NCBI GenBank assembly: GCA_049654165.1
Contig: JBASHR010000091.1
Span: 9,524 to 73,523 of the forward strand
Reading direction: 5' to 3'
Length of the DNA: 64,000 nucleotides
Source of the DNA: Bacteroidales bacterium
GTDB lineage: Bacteria > Bacteroidota > Bacteroidia > Bacteroidales > JAAYJT01
The notes under the pieces are model-generated. The model saw only the letters and a program-made list of their open reading frames with translations, did not search any database and had not been told where the DNA came from. Every line of letters begins with the position of its first letter. Within the stretch, counting starts at the first letter, position 1. The translations under genes and the position numbers were made by a program. This document shows, piece by piece, positions 54,265-64,000 of the stretch.

Positions 54265-56697
54265 ATGACATTCAGCTTTAAGAAAAACAGTTTTTATTTT
54301 AACGATCGGAAAATATTCCTTAATTCTGGTGAGATTCATTATTTCAGGATAAAGCAAAGCTTATGGGATAAGCACCTGAAAGCAGCTAGTGAAGCCGGTT
54401 TGTTTGCTGTAAGCACCTATATTCCGTGGGCATGGCATGAACCGGAAGAAGGTTTGTTCGATTTTGATGGAGCTACGCATCCTGAACGCAATTTGAAATT
54501 GTGGTTACAGAAATGCAAGTCACATGGTTTGTATTGTATTGTAAAACCCGGACCTTTTATTCTTGCTGAATTTCGTGGAGCAGGTCTCCCTGACTGGTTT
54601 CTTGAAAAACATGGTGACGATGTTAAAATGCGGAACCGAAAAGGGGAAATTGTCAATAGTGAAGGTGTTAATCTTTTTCATCCGGTTTATCTTGAAAAAG
54701 TCAGATTGTGGTACAACCAGATAATGCCGTTGATTAGAAGCCAGGAAGTTGATGCCGGTGGTCCTGTTATCATGATGCAGTTATGCAATGAAATAGGTGT
54801 GTTTTCATGGCTCGCCCATCAGGCTGATTATGGCGGAGAGGTGAGAAATCGTTTTATAAAATATCTGCGACAAACATTTAATTCGGTTTCGGAAATAAAC
54901 AGGCTTTGGAACACTGATTATCAATCGTTTGATAATATTGAACTTCCTCCCGATGGCATGACACCTTACGCTTCAAAAGGTGATAGAAGCAGAGACTATG
55001 AATGGCATAAATTCTGGCGCCGCTACTATGGAAAATATTTACGACTGCTAACTACCATGATCAGAGAGAAAAATATCGGATTGATTTTATATCATAATCT
55101 GCCTGGCTGGATTTATGGCAGCGGATATGAATTTCCGGTTAATCTAACAATGTACGATGATTTGTTTGGCGATAAGAGCGAGATCATTTTCGGGGTTGAT
55201 CATATTCCGGAGTTTGTTTCTTACCGTAATATGCACGACGATCGCATTATCAATGATATCACAGTTGCAATGCAGGGGGATAAACCTTTGTTTGCTGCTG
55301 AGTTTCAGAGTGGTTCACGCGAATATCACGTTGTTACCAACCCTCGCGAGATGGAACTGTTTTACAAGGCTAGCATTGCCAACGGGCTTAAGGGCTGGAA
55401 TTACTACATGTTTTCGCAAGGGCTTAATCCGGAACGTAAAGGATATTCGGGAGATACCTTTTATTGGTTCACTCCGCTTAACGCTCATGGTGAACGCAGT
55501 TCTGCCTATGACCTTGTGCAGCGTATGAGCAGGCTTGTTAAAGTGTCGGAAGATCTGATAGTTAACGCTGAACGCAAAGCAGATATCTGTGTTTTATTTT
55601 ATCCTCCTTATTATGCTACCGAACTTGAACGACCTGAGAATGGAGCCTGTGATCTCAGGTTTGTTCCATCAAAAATTAGAAGAGCCGCGTATTTCGATGG
55701 TTTGCTGAAAGTGTTGCAGGTTTTGAATATTGACTATGACATGGCTGACCTGAGCGGAGCTTCTGCTGAAAGTCTTGGAAAATATGCTCAGGTATGGGCT
55801 TTTTGTACTGATGAAATGGATGCAGAAGACCAGCAGGTTTTAGCCGATTATGCAAACAGTGGCGGACAATTGGTAATATATCCGTATTTGCCTGATCGTA
55901 CTTTAAGGCAGGAGCCATGTTCTATCCTCAGAGATGCACTGAACTGTCATCCTGAAAAGACAGAAGTTATAAGTTCGCCTCTTATTGATATCCTTGGTTT
56001 TAAAGATATTAAATGTTCAAACCCGCAAATTGTTTTTGTTGATAAATCCTTGAATGATGCTGAAATCATTGCACGAACCCTTAATGGTACAGCTTGTGGT
56101 TTTATTAAGAAATCCGGCAAAGGAAGTGTTATTTTCCTGGGAACCTGGCTCGGGTTTGATACTGAAGGGCATAAGCCGGTTTATGAGGCTTTGTTACGCA
56201 GATCAGAAGCTGTGTTAAGACAGGCGGTTTCCTCTAATGATAATGTTACAGTGAGAGAAAGATTCACTCAGGATAATTCTGCAATTCTGTTTATTGGCAA
56301 TTATTTCAACGAAGAGCAAAAGACCAGAATATCATACACGAATCCGGCGAATGGTGATATTGCCCATATTCCGTATTCAGGTGAAGAGATTATAATGCCT
56401 CCATTGTATAGCATACTTACACCCGTTTGTCTGGCAGTAACTGATGAGATCAGACTTCTGCACAGCACTTCCGATATTCTTGACATTACAGTGAATAAGG
56501 ATGAAATTGGATTCAGGTTGTATGGCGACAGGGATCTTATGGGTGAAATTGTTTTGGAAGGTGAGGGAGTTAAAAATATCAGCCTGATCCATCTTGATGG
56601 TAAACAGATTGAATTTAAATATTCTGATGTTCGCCTTGTAATTAATTACTCTCATAAACATCGGAAGGAGATCTTGCTCACATTAAAAAATAGTTAA
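54265..56697 (+). CDS. GH35-like glycoside hydrolase/transglycosylase (cytoplasmic, no signal peptide)
   Basis: 'YIPWAWHEPEEGLFDFDG' and 'MMQLCNEIG' are GH35-type blocks. Confidence 0.7.
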   Translation: MTFSFKKNSFYFNDRKIFLNSGEIHYFRIKQSLWDKHLKAASEAGLFAVSTYIPWAWHEPEEGLFDFDGATHPERNLKLWLQKCKSHGLYCIVKPGPFILAEFRGAGLPDWFLEKHGDDVKMRNRKGEIVNSEGVNLFHPVYLEKVRLWYNQIMPLIRSQEVDAGGPVIMMQLCNEIGVFSWLAHQADYGGEVRNRFIKYLRQTFNSVSEINRLWNTDYQSFDNIELPPDGMTPYASKGDRSRDYEWHKFWRRYYGKYLRLLTTMIREKNIGLILYHNLPGWIYGSGYEFPVNLTMYDDLFGDKSEIIFGVDHIPEFVSYRNMHDDRIINDITVAMQGDKPLFAAEFQSGSREYHVVTNPREMELFYKASIANGLKGWNYYMFSQGLNPERKGYSGDTFYWFTPLNAHGERSSAYDLVQRMSRLVKVSEDLIVNAERKADICVLFYPPYYATELERPENGACDLRFVPSKIRRAAYFDGLLKVLQVLNIDYDMADLSGASAESLGKYAQVWAFCTDEMDAEDQQVLADYANSGGQLVIYPYLPDRTLRQEPCSILRDALNCHPEKTEVISSPLIDILGFKDIKCSNPQIVFVDKSLNDAEIIARTLNGTACGFIKKSGKGSVIFLGTWLGFDTEGHKPVYEALLRRSEAVLRQAVSSNDNVTVRERFTQDNSAILFIGNYFNEEQKTRISYTNPANGDIAHIPYSGEEIIMPPLYSILTPVCLAVTDEIRLLHSTSDILDITVNKDEIGFRLYGDRDLMGEIVLEGEGVKNISLIHLDGKQIEFKYSDVRLVINYSHKHRKEILLTLKNS

Positions 56698-59600
56698 ATG
56701 GAAGTTTTAAATCAGCATGGGTTAATATTTCATTTTCAGGATGATGGCTCAGTAAAAAGTATTGAAGCAGATCCGATTCGAATAAGCATGAAGAATGCTA
56801 CCCTTTTTGGATATTCAGGAGCAAATATTTTCCTGCGTAAAAGATCAGACACTATTAAATTCAAAGCGCTTACGGGAGCAGGAAGTAATAGTGCTTTTAC
56901 GATAAAAGATAACAGGTTCATAGCAAAAGGAATTTGGGACGGGATAGAATATGTTTGTGAGTTGCAACTTTCTGAGCAGAGCCATAGCTGGCAATGGAAA
57001 ATAGAAACCACAAACCGGACAAGTCAGTCAGTTGAATTTGATTTGATCATGGTTCAGGATATAGGTTTGAAACAGATTCAGGATGGATTGGTAAATGAGT
57101 ATTATGTAAGCCAGTATATTGAAAGGAGAATTCTGGAAGACCCGGTTTATGGCAAGGTAATTTGTTGCCGGCAGAATATGAAGGAAGTTAGCGGGAATCC
57201 ATGGATGATGATGGCTTGTAAAAATGGTGCTGCTTCAGGTCTGACGGATGGTATGTTGTTTTATGGCAAGTCTTTTCGCGAAAACTTTATTCCGGAAGCT
57301 TTGGTTTCAGAAAGTCTCAATGGTGAGTATGCTGGAGAATCATCGGTTGTTGCATTGCAGGAACAGCCTTTCAGGCTTGAATCCGCTGAAAGCCATTGCA
57401 GCATTTTTGTTTGTAAGTTTCTTCATGACCATCCTTTGGCGACTTCAAACACTGATCTGAACCTGCTACCTGAATTGATCAATGAATTTGATGAAGAGAG
57501 ATCAAATTTTAATGCTCAGGAGCTGAAAAAGCCTGTCAGTAGCACATTTACCAGTTCGGGATTACTTCCTGTTGAAGATCTGACTAGCGAAGATCTGGAA
57601 AGCTTATTTGGCACGGATTATCGTCATGCTGAGTATAAGGATGGTAAACTGCTTTCGTTTTTTTATGGAGAAAATAATCATGTTGCTTTCCACCTTAAAG
57701 AAATTCAGTGCGACCGCCCTCATGGACATATAATGCAGTCAAAAGCCGGTTATGAACCTGACGAAAGCATCGTTTCAACCACTTCATTTGCTTTTGGCGC
57801 TTTCAATTCACACCTAACTCAGGGTAACACCAATTTTAACACCCTTCTCTCAGTATGTTCAAGTCAGTATAATCAGGATCCGGAAACGGGACAAAGGATA
57901 TTTCTTGAACTAAATGGCAAATATTACCTTCTGGGAGTACCTTCTGCTTTTGAAACCGGTTTGAACCATTGTCGCTGGATCTATAAACACAGGGATTCAG
58001 TTTTTCAGGTTCGAACCTGGACTTCAAAGACTGCTCCGCAGGTGAATCTGGATTTTAAAGTGCTTAAGGGTGAACCAGTGAAATTATTGATTACTAATCA
58101 GTTTGACAGGGTTATTAACTGGTCTGCTTTAAGTGGTGATACTGCACATGAATTTATATGTAAGCCCTCTCAGAATAGTCTGATTTCAGAAAAATTTCCT
58201 GATGCTCAATTCAGGATAAGGATCAATGGTTCGGCAGACTACAAAGTAGCAGGCGATGAAACTCTATATAGCGATCATCAGAGTCGTTGTGCTTCATTTT
58301 TTGTTCTTAATATTGAGAAAACAAGAGAGTTTTCAATGAGCTTTCTTGGTGAAGTTGAAAAAAGGTCGGAATTTGAAAAGTTTGAGGATTATGATGCACA
58401 ATTTATCAGGGATAATAATAATGCTTTGGAGATTTGGAAAGATCTCAGTCAGAATCTTTCTGTTCAAAGCCCACATCATGATATTTCGGCAATAAATGAA
58501 ATCCTGCCCTGGTTTGGAATGAATGCGCTGATACATTACCTGACCCCGTACGGATTGGAACAGTTTAGCGGCGCAGCGTGGGGCACTCGTGATGTTGCTC
58601 AGGGACCAATAGATTTGTTACTGAGTATGGGTAAATATTCAGAAACCAGAAAAATACTTTGTATCATCTTTTCAAATCAGAACCCTGATGGAGGTTGGCC
58701 TCAGTGGTGGATGTTTGACAGGTATAAAAATATCCGTTCCGATCATGCTCACGGAGATATTATCTACTGGTGTATCATTGCTTTGAGCAGATATATAAGA
58801 ACTACCGGCGACCTTAATATCCTCGATGAAATTTTGCCTTATTATAATAATAATGGTGAAGATGTTAAAGAACAAACACCGCTGTATGAACATGTTGACA
58901 GGTTGATTAACATGATCACGGATTCATTTATTCCGGATACCTGTTTTGTGCCTTTTGGAGGTGGTGATTGGAATGATTCATTACAACCTGTAAGTCAGGA
59001 GCTTGCTGACCGTATGATATCTTCCTGGACGGTGGAAATGAATTATCAGGCATTTAATGAATATGCAGAAGTTTGTGATATGGCTGGCAGGAAAAAAGAT
59101 GCGAGGCGACTGAGAAAAATTTGCAGAAACATAAAATCTGAATTTAACAGGTTCCTGATGAAAGATTCCGTTGTTGCCGGCTATGGTCTTATTGGTAAAA
59201 ACGGCAGTATCAGCCTATTGCTTCATCCTTCTGACCGGGTTACGGGAATAAAATACAGCATTTTACCAATGAACAGAGGTGTAATAAGCGGACTGTTCAC
59301 AAAAAAACAAGCTGAATATCATCAGCAGATAATTGAAAAGCATTTAAAAGGGCCTGATGGTGCCCGTTTAATGGATCGCCCTCTAAAATACAGGGGAGGA
59401 ATACAAAACATTTTTCAAAGAGCCGAGAGCAGTGTGTTTTTTGGTCGTGAAATAGGTCTGATGTATATGCACGAACACGTTCGCTATGCCGAATCGCTTG
59501 CTGTTACAGGTAAAGCTGATGAGTTTGTCAGGGCTCTTCGTCAGGTTATACCGATAGAATACAGTGAAGTTGTACCTTGCGGTGATTTACGCCAGTCAAA

Positions 59601-60039
59601 TTGCTATTACAGCAGTTCTGATGTTGCATTCAGTAATCGTTACGAAGCTGACAAATTGTATAAAGAGATTGCTAAATACAGGGTCACACTGAAAGGGGGG
59701 TGGAGGGTTTATTCAAGTGGTCCCGGTATTTACACAGGCTTGATAATCCAACGTCTGCTTGGACTAAGAATTGAATCTGAGAAAATTGTTTTTGACCCCG
59801 TAATGCCATTGGCAATGGATGGGTTAACGGCATCATTTGATTTGTTGGGTAAAAAGGTCAGAATTGTATACAGAGTTAAAAATAAATGTTATAGCCCGGA
59901 AAAAATCATAGTTAACGGGCACGAGCTTCAATTCCTGAGAGAAAAAAATAAGTACAGGGAAGGAGGCTCAGTAATCGGGAGAACTTATCTCTTAGGTTTC
60001 CTTGATAAAAATGAAAATATGATAGAAATCAATATATAA
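56698..60039 (+). CDS. GH94-like phosphorylase, candidate 1,2-beta-oligoglucan phosphorylase
   Basis: 1113 aa with no signal peptide. 'GAAWGTRDVAQGP', 'NPDGGWPQWW' and 'FGGGDWNDSL' are GH94 catalytic-domain-type blocks. The ATG abuts the upstream stop. Confidence 0.7.
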   Translation: MEVLNQHGLIFHFQDDGSVKSIEADPIRISMKNATLFGYSGANIFLRKRSDTIKFKALTGAGSNSAFTIKDNRFIAKGIWDGIEYVCELQLSEQSHSWQWKIETTNRTSQSVEFDLIMVQDIGLKQIQDGLVNEYYVSQYIERRILEDPVYGKVICCRQNMKEVSGNPWMMMACKNGAASGLTDGMLFYGKSFRENFIPEALVSESLNGEYAGESSVVALQEQPFRLESAESHCSIFVCKFLHDHPLATSNTDLNLLPELINEFDEERSNFNAQELKKPVSSTFTSSGLLPVEDLTSEDLESLFGTDYRHAEYKDGKLLSFFYGENNHVAFHLKEIQCDRPHGHIMQSKAGYEPDESIVSTTSFAFGAFNSHLTQGNTNFNTLLSVCSSQYNQDPETGQRIFLELNGKYYLLGVPSAFETGLNHCRWIYKHRDSVFQVRTWTSKTAPQVNLDFKVLKGEPVKLLITNQFDRVINWSALSGDTAHEFICKPSQNSLISEKFPDAQFRIRINGSADYKVAGDETLYSDHQSRCASFFVLNIEKTREFSMSFLGEVEKRSEFEKFEDYDAQFIRDNNNALEIWKDLSQNLSVQSPHHDISAINEILPWFGMNALIHYLTPYGLEQFSGAAWGTRDVAQGPIDLLLSMGKYSETRKILCIIFSNQNPDGGWPQWWMFDRYKNIRSDHAHGDIIYWCIIALSRYIRTTGDLNILDEILPYYNNNGEDVKEQTPLYEHVDRLINMITDSFIPDTCFVPFGGGDWNDSLQPVSQELADRMISSWTVEMNYQAFNEYAEVCDMAGRKKDARRLRKICRNIKSEFNRFLMKDSVVAGYGLIGKNGSISLLLHPSDRVTGIKYSILPMNRGVISGLFTKKQAEYHQQIIEKHLKGPDGARLMDRPLKYRGGIQNIFQRAESSVFFGREIGLMYMHEHVRYAESLAVTGKADEFVRALRQVIPIEYSEVVPCGDLRQSNCYYSSSDVAFSNRYEADKLYKEIAKYRVTLKGGWRVYSSGPGIYTGLIIQRLLGLRIESEKIVFDPVMPLAMDGLTASFDLLGKKVRIVYRVKNKCYSPEKIIVNGHELQFLREKNKYREGGSVIGRTYLLGFLDKNENMIEINI

Positions 60040-60043
60040 TCCT

Positions 60044-60718
60044 ATGAGTATGAGATACAGCAGATTAACAGCTTTTATTTTATTTCTTGCATTTCATTTT
60101 TCTGTTTCTGCTCAGGAAAACGAACATCATTTTGCTGGTGCAATACGTGAATTCAAAGAAATTGACAAAGCAAATCCTCCTAAACCCGGATCAATTTTGT
60201 TTATCGGAAGTTCTTCGTTTACGATATGGACTGATCTGGATAAGTATTTTCCGGGTATTGATATAATCAACCGCGCTTTTGGTGGTTCAACCCTGAACGA
60301 TCAGATATACTTTGCCGGTGATGTTATTTTCCCGTATCTGCCACGACAAATTGTTATCTACTGTGGTGAAAATGATCTTGCATTTGACGACCAGTTGACT
60401 ACTGACGAAGTATTTGAAAGATTTCTTACTCTGTACAAGATAATACGCTCTGAATTGCCTGAAGTGCCGGTGTTATACGTTTCAATGAAACCAAGTCCTG
60501 ACAGATGGCATCTTGCAGAACGGTTTTTTGAAGCTAACAGGAGGATACAGAGATTTATAGATGAAGAGCAAAATCTTATTTATATTGACATCTGGGATTC
60601 AATGCTGGATAGCAACGGCAAGCCTGATCCCTCCTTATTTCTTGAAGACATGCTTCATATGAATGAAAAAGGGTATGCTATCTGGAAAAAAGCTCTTGAA
60701 GACAAACTGATAAAATAA
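60044..60718 (+). CDS. SGNH/GDSL-family esterase (secreted)
   Basis: Signal peptide, block I 'FIGSSSF', block III 'CGENDL' and block V-like 'DMLHMN'. Confidence 0.75.
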   Translation: MSMRYSRLTAFILFLAFHFSVSAQENEHHFAGAIREFKEIDKANPPKPGSILFIGSSSFTIWTDLDKYFPGIDIINRAFGGSTLNDQIYFAGDVIFPYLPRQIVIYCGENDLAFDDQLTTDEVFERFLTLYKIIRSELPEVPVLYVSMKPSPDRWHLAERFFEANRRIQRFIDEEQNLIYIDIWDSMLDSNGKPDPSLFLEDMLHMNEKGYAIWKKALEDKLIK

Positions 60719-60726
60719 CCCGTCAG

Positions 60727-63024
60727 ATGAGAATATTTCAGCCTCTTATAGCAACACTGTTTTTTGCTGCATTGCTGGTTTCGTGCAATAAATCAGTGAA
60801 GCATACTTCCGATAAGGAAATGGATACTTTTATTACGAACCTGATGCAGAAAATGACAATTGAGGAAAAAATAGGGCAACTGAATCTGCTTGCAGGCTAC
60901 GAAGACATTATCACTGGGCAGGCTACATCATCTGAGATTGGAAAAAATATAAAGGAGGGCAGGGTAGGAGCCTTGCTTAACGTGAAATCGCTTGAAAAAA
61001 TCCGGGCTTTGCAGGAAGTAGCTGTAAATGAAAGCCGGCTCGGGATTCCTTTGATATTTGGAATGGATGTCATTCATGGGTACAAAACGATTTTCCCTAT
61101 TCCTTTGGCGCTGGCAAGTAGTTTTGATATGGAACTTATTGAGCAAAGTGCACGTATTGCAGCTATTGAAGCAAGTGCCGATGGCATATGCTGGAATTTC
61201 TCACCTATGGTTGATATTACCCGTGACCCGCGATGGGGGCGAATTGCTGAGGGAGGTGGTGAAGATCCCTTTTTGGTTTCCAAAATTGCAGAAGCCTTTG
61301 TTCGCGGATATCAGGGAGATGACCTTGCTGATTCTCATACTATCCTGGCTTGTGTAAAACATTTTGCATTGTACGGAGCCGCTGAGGGAGGACGTGATTA
61401 CAACACCACTGATATGAGCCGTATTCGCATGTTCAATGAGTATTTTCCTCCTTTCCTGGCTGCTATAAAAGCCGGTGCTGGAAGCGTTATGACTTCATTT
61501 AACGAGGTTGATGGTATTCCGGCATCTGGAAATAAATGGCTGCTTACGGAAGTGTTGCGCGATAAGTGGGGGTTTAACGGTTTCGTGGTTACTGATTATA
61601 CAGCCATAAACGAAATGGTCAATCATGGTGTTGGCGATTTGCAGACAGTTTCTGCATTGGCTTTAAATGCGGGGGTTGATATGGATATGATTGGCGAAGG
61701 CTATATCTCTACACTGGGAAAATCACTTGAGCTGCAAAAAATCACCAAATCTATGATTGAACGATCCTGCCGCCGAATTCTGGAAGCTAAATATAAGCTT
61801 GGCCTTTTTAAAGATCCTTTCCTGTATTGCGATCCCGAAAGAATTGAAAAAGAAATTTTCACAGAAAAGAACAATGAAATAGCCCGCGATATTGCAGCTC
61901 AGACTTTTGTATTGCTGAAAAATCAGGATCATTTATTACCATTGCAGAAAAAAGGGAAAATTGCACTTATTGGACCTTTGGCTGACAATCAGTTGAACAT
62001 GGCAGGTATGTGGAGCGTTTCAGCCGATCATTCGCAATCGGTTACTGTGCTTAAAGGTTTCAGGGATGCTGTTTCAGACCAGGCAGAGATCATTTATGCA
62101 AAAGGCTGTAATATTATAGATGACCCTGAATATATCCGGCGTATAGCTGCGCACGGAGGCCTGGATGCCGATACACTGAAAACTCCTGAAGAACTACTTG
62201 ATGAAGCATTAAAGGCAGCACGGAATTCGGATGTAGTGGTAGCAGTAATGGGAGAAGCTGCTGAGATGAGTGGAGAAAGCGCTAGTCGTTCCGATATTTC
62301 ATTGCCCGGAAACCACCAGCAAGTATTGAAAGCATTGTTAAAAACAGGAAAACCTGTGGTTCTTGTCCTTTTCACAGGACGACCTTTAACACTGGCATGG
62401 GAAGATGAAAATATTCCAGCTATTCTGAATGTATGGTTTGGAGGTACACAAACCGGAAATGCTGTTGCTGACGTAATTTTTGGCAAGGTGAATCCTTCAG
62501 GCAGACTTCCGGTTAGCTTTCCACGAAATGTAGGTCAGATTCCTGTTTATTACAATCATAAAAACACTGGTCGTCCACTACCGGAAGGAGAATGGTACAC
62601 TAAATACCTGTCAAATTATCTTGATATCCCAAATGAACCCTTATATCCGTTTGGATATGGGCTGAGCTACACTGAATTTGAATATTCCGGTTTGAAATTG
62701 GATAAGCAAATACTTACTGAAGGCGACAAGCTAAATGTACAGGTTACGCTGAACAATACCGGGAAATATGATGGTGCTGAAGTTGTTCAGCTCTATATTC
62801 GTGATGTTGTGGGAAGTATTACCCGCCCTGTGAAAGAGCTTAAAGGGTTCAAAAAAGTGTTCCTGAAAGCCGGGGAATCGCAAGTTATGTCTTTTACGCT
62901 TACAACTGAAGACCTTAAATTCTATAATTATGACCTTAAGTATGATTATGAACCGGGAGAATTTCTGATCATGACAAGTGGTAATTCCAGAGATGTACTC
63001 ACTGCTTCTTTTTTATTGCAATAA
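60727..63024 (+). CDS. bglX: GH3 beta-glucosidase (BglX-like) lipoprotein
   Basis: Lipobox 'LLVSC', 'GRVGALLNV', 'DPRWGRIAEGGGEDP', 'GFNGFVVTDY' and a C-terminal Fn3-like domain. Confidence 0.9.
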   Translation: MRIFQPLIATLFFAALLVSCNKSVKHTSDKEMDTFITNLMQKMTIEEKIGQLNLLAGYEDIITGQATSSEIGKNIKEGRVGALLNVKSLEKIRALQEVAVNESRLGIPLIFGMDVIHGYKTIFPIPLALASSFDMELIEQSARIAAIEASADGICWNFSPMVDITRDPRWGRIAEGGGEDPFLVSKIAEAFVRGYQGDDLADSHTILACVKHFALYGAAEGGRDYNTTDMSRIRMFNEYFPPFLAAIKAGAGSVMTSFNEVDGIPASGNKWLLTEVLRDKWGFNGFVVTDYTAINEMVNHGVGDLQTVSALALNAGVDMDMIGEGYISTLGKSLELQKITKSMIERSCRRILEAKYKLGLFKDPFLYCDPERIEKEIFTEKNNEIARDIAAQTFVLLKNQDHLLPLQKKGKIALIGPLADNQLNMAGMWSVSADHSQSVTVLKGFRDAVSDQAEIIYAKGCNIIDDPEYIRRIAAHGGLDADTLKTPEELLDEALKAARNSDVVVAVMGEAAEMSGESASRSDISLPGNHQQVLKALLKTGKPVVLVLFTGRPLTLAWEDENIPAILNVWFGGTQTGNAVADVIFGKVNPSGRLPVSFPRNVGQIPVYYNHKNTGRPLPEGEWYTKYLSNYLDIPNEPLYPFGYGLSYTEFEYSGLKLDKQILTEGDKLNVQVTLNNTGKYDGAEVVQLYIRDVVGSITRPVKELKGFKKVFLKAGESQVMSFTLTTEDLKFYNYDLKYDYEPGEFLIMTSGNSRDVLTASFLLQ

Positions 63025-63047
63025 TCCGCTTACTATTGTAGAATTAT

Positions 63048-63055
63048 TACTTTTG
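63048..63055 (+). promoter_or_regulatory. Candidate -7 box (TACTTTTG) for the sugar-porter gene
   Basis: Matches TAnnTTTG 47 nt upstream of the ATG at 63102. Confidence 0.3.
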
Positions 63056-63101
63056 AACTCTTTAAATTCACATCACTATAACCCGAATTAAATCTTTTAG
63101 T

Positions 63102-64000
63102 ATGAATACAGGCAAGACCACAGGTTATCAGACAGGGAATGTTAACCATGTCCGAATTCTGGCATTGACGATTGTTGCAACACTTGGCGGCTTTTTATTT
63201 GGTTTCGACAGTGGGGTTATCAACGGCACTGTTCATGCACTACAGGAGGCTTTCAATTCCGATGTTGTTGGTACAGGTTTCAATATTGCATCCATGTTAC
63301 TGGGATGTGCTGTAGGTGCTTTTTTTGCCGGAAATCTGGCGGAGAAGATAGGTAGAAAAAGGACTTTGCTCATAGCAGCAGTATTTTTTATTGTTAGCGC
63401 CTGGGGTTCAGGTATCGCTGCCAGCTCTAACGAGTTTGTTTTTTACAGGATTCTGGGAGGGCTTGCCGTTGGAGCAGCAAGTATAATATCGCCCGCCTAC
63501 ATTGGCGAAATAGCACCTCCTCATATCAGGGGTAGGCTTATATCATTACAGCAGCTTGCAATTGTTCTGGGGTTGTTCATGGCTTTTTATTCCAATTACA
63601 ATATCGCTCTTGGTGCCGGCGGAGCAGCAAATACTTTCTGGTGGGATTACAAAGCATGGCAATGGATGTTTTGGATGGAAATTTTCCCGGCATCGCTGTT
63701 TTTTCTGTTCCTTTTTCTTATTCCTGAATCACCACGCTATCTTGTTGCTATAGGAAAGCATGATAAAGCCCGTAAGATACTGGCAAAGCTTACTGAAACG
63801 GAAACGGCAACTCTTCAGGTTGAAGCAATCAGACAAACAGTTATCGGAGAGCGTAAATCACGCCTCTCTGATATTAAAAACCCTGATTCCGGAAGAATTT
63901 ATCCAATAGTGTGGGTAGGAATGGCATTGGCTGCCTTACAGCAGTTTACGGGTATCAATGTCGTATTTTATTATGGCTCTGTATTATGGCAGGCTGCTGG
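63102..64000 (+). CDS. MFS sugar-porter family transporter (XylE/GalP-like), 3'-truncated by the window end
   Basis: Absent from the ORF track because it has no stop. My hand translation gives MNTGKTTGYQ...LGGFLFGFDSGVINGT...GRKRTL...PESPRYL...QQFTGINVVFYY, which are sugar-porter signatures. Confidence 0.85.
   Translation, partial: MNTGKTTGYQTGNVNHVRILALTIVATLGGFLFGFDSGVINGTVHALQEAFNSDVVGTGFNIASMLLGCAVGAFFAGNLAEKIGRKRTLLIAAVFFIVSAWGSGIAASSNEFVFYRILGGLAVGAASIISPAYIGEIAPPHIRGRLISLQQLAIVLGLFMAFYSNYNIALGAGGAANTFWWDYKAWQWMFWMEIFPASLFFLFLFLIPESPRYLVAIGKHDKARKILAKLTETETATLQVEAIRQTVIGERKSRLSDIKNPDSGRIYPIVWVGMALAALQQFTGINVVFYYGSVLWQAA

Overview
This is a chromosomal window of Bacteroidota type. The evidence is a SusC/SusD pair, T9SS C-terminal sorting domains and TAnnTTTG -7 boxes. 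GC looks moderate by eye and was not computed. From left to right the window contains the following. (1) A MoxR ATPase. (2) A visibly AT-rich DpnII/MboI-type (GATC) restriction-modification island in the order M1-R-M2, where the Dam-like methylase carries an unusual C-terminal DGQHR/ParB-like domain. (3) An AAE transporter, an M28 peptidase, tRNA-Lys(UUU), a cupin, a CaCA antiporter and TsaC. (4) An SRP (4.5S) RNA gene that the ORF track hides under a false N-terminal extension. (5) A DUF4199/GT2/GT4/GHMP-kinase cluster, a nitroreductase, M23 and M48 peptidases and DnaB. (6) Two arrays of a hairpin-dense composite repeat with a 249-257 bp period, and I consider this the most unusual signal in the window. 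Each array lies immediately 3' of an uncharacterised minus-strand gene, one encoding an AAA_14/DUF4143 ATPase and the other a DUF2779 Cas4-like Fe-S nuclease. (7) An S8 peptidase, hutI-ftcD-HD and an M6-like protease. The three large secreted proteases (M28, S8, M6) share a Cys-containing dockerin-like module. (8) From about 36.6 kb to the window end, a polysaccharide utilisation locus (PUL). Its enzyme set is two GH144-like proteins, a GH94-like phosphorylase, a GH35-like protein, GH3, an SGNH esterase and a discoidin/(alpha/alpha)6 protein. That set points to beta-1,2-glucan (sophoro-oligosaccharide) catabolism. All family assignments rest on motif recognition by eye. No database search was run.
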